Below, piece by piece: positions 5,870-6,227 of a stretch of DNA of 6,227 bases (position 1 is its first letter; every line of letters begins with the position of its first letter). The stretch lies in NCBI GenBank assembly GCA_028693335.1, contig JAQUVR010000037.1, forward strand, positions 1-6,227, written 5' to 3'. The position numbers were made by a program, and so were the translations under genes. This DNA is from Candidatus Iainarchaeum sp. (GTDB taxonomy: Archaea; Iainarchaeota; Iainarchaeia; Iainarchaeales; CSSED10-239). Under the pieces are notes generated by a model. It saw only the letters and a list, made by a program, of their open reading frames with translations. It was not told the origin of the DNA and did no database searches.

Positions 5870-5940
5870 ACTTTTTTTCTGTTCTTTTTTTAAGTAAAAA
5901 AATTACTAGAAAAAAATAAATCTTTCTTTTATTTTTTTTT
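5846..5940. repeat. imperfect tandem duplication (period 50 nt) of the thrS 3' end, stop codon and T-rich terminator
   Basis: AATTACTAGAAAAAA occurs exactly at 5851-5865 and 5901-5915. By my hand alignment, 37 of 45 aligned positions are identical. Copy 1 encodes ...KRITRKK*. Copy 2 would read KKITRKK* (TAA at 5917-5919). Confidence 0.6.
5870..5891 (+). terminator. oligo-T tracts (T7 at 5872-5878, T7 at 5885-5891) after thrS
   Basis: Two T7 runs follow the stop immediately, and I find no stable hairpin. The complementary region also supplies T-runs to the convergent minus-strand CDS. Confidence 0.4.
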
Positions 5941-6227
5941 AAACAAATCAAAAAAACTATTAAATATTCTTTCTTCTAGATCTGTTACAGATCTTTCTTC
6001 AATAGACTTTCTTATCTTTTCTCTTGGAAAAAATAATTTAAAGTCTTTTAATTTTTCTAATAGCTCTTTTGTTGGCAAATATTTGTTGTCTTTTTTATCA
6101 AGTGTCCAAAATAGATTTTTTGTTAAGTTAATTGCATAATCTGAAATTGTATAATCTTTTTGTAGATCTAGTAATTGTACATAATTATCATAAACTAGAT
6201 CATAAAATGCATTAATATCTTTTATTG
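5929..6227 (-). CDS. hypothetical protein, C-terminal 98 codons (continues beyond the right edge; not in the supplied ORF track)
   Basis: My translation of the minus strand from nt 6225 gives an open frame: IKDINAFYDLVYDNYVQLLDLQKDYTISDYAINLTKNLFWTLDKKDNKYLPTKELLEKLKDFKLFFPREKIRKSIEERSVTDLEERIFNSFFDLFKKK, ending at TAA (5931-5929). Codon usage resembles the other genes. It is convergent with thrS. No family recognised. Confidence 0.55.
   Translation of the reverse strand, partial: IKDINAFYDLVYDNYVQLLDLQKDYTISDYAINLTKNLFWTLDKKDNKYLPTKELLEKLKDFKLFFPREKIRKSIEERSVTDLEERIFNSFFDLFKKK
5978..5994. repeat. perfect palindromic element AGATCTG-TTA-CAGATCT (two AGATCT sites as an inverted repeat)
   Basis: It has a 7-bp stem and a 3-nt loop, is flanked on both sides by TTCTTC, and lies inside the right-edge minus-strand CDS (codons ...ERSVTDLEE...). 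Confidence 0.5.

Noticed and set aside
1-6227. CRISPR arrays, IS elements, toxin-antitoxin pairs or known defence-system genes
   Set aside because: There are no regularly spaced direct repeats, no transposase- or integrase-like ORFs, and no small paired ORFs. All sizeable ORFs are accounted for by the features listed.

Overview
Very AT-rich prokaryotic chromosomal segment (by eye about a quarter G+C). Genes are compact, oligo-T tracts follow every gene, and (TA)n/TATA-like boxes sit upstream of starts. TGA is used as a stop. Left to right: (1) the 3' end of an unknown CDS that is open to the left edge; (2) a membrane-tethered winged-helix regulator (signal peptide, extracytoplasmic domain, TM helix, wHTH); (3) a fold-type III PLP amino-acid racemase of the alanine/ornithine/lysine racemase-like family; (4) tRNA-Ser(GCU); (5) a convergent GNAT acetyltransferase with a long C-terminal tail; (6) a small 4-TM membrane protein; (7) a complete bacterial-type threonyl-tRNA synthetase; (8) a partial minus-strand CDS at the right edge that the ORF track misses. 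The terminator and promoter style and the regulator architecture suggest a small-genome archaeon (DPANN-like), but the window cannot prove this. An ultra-AT-rich bacterium is not excluded. I saw no CRISPR array, transposase, integrase or recognisable toxin/defence module, and I found no convincing multi-gene novel system. The observations most worth follow-up are: a 9-bp stem-loop in the thrS leader whose loop carries UGGUAA, a tRNA-Thr(GGU) anticodon-loop-like string, just upstream of the Shine-Dalgarno; a strong excess of GATC and especially AGATCT; a 50-nt-spaced tandem duplication of the thrS 3' end plus terminator; the membrane-tethered wHTH regulator; and the racemase/GNAT neighbourhood.
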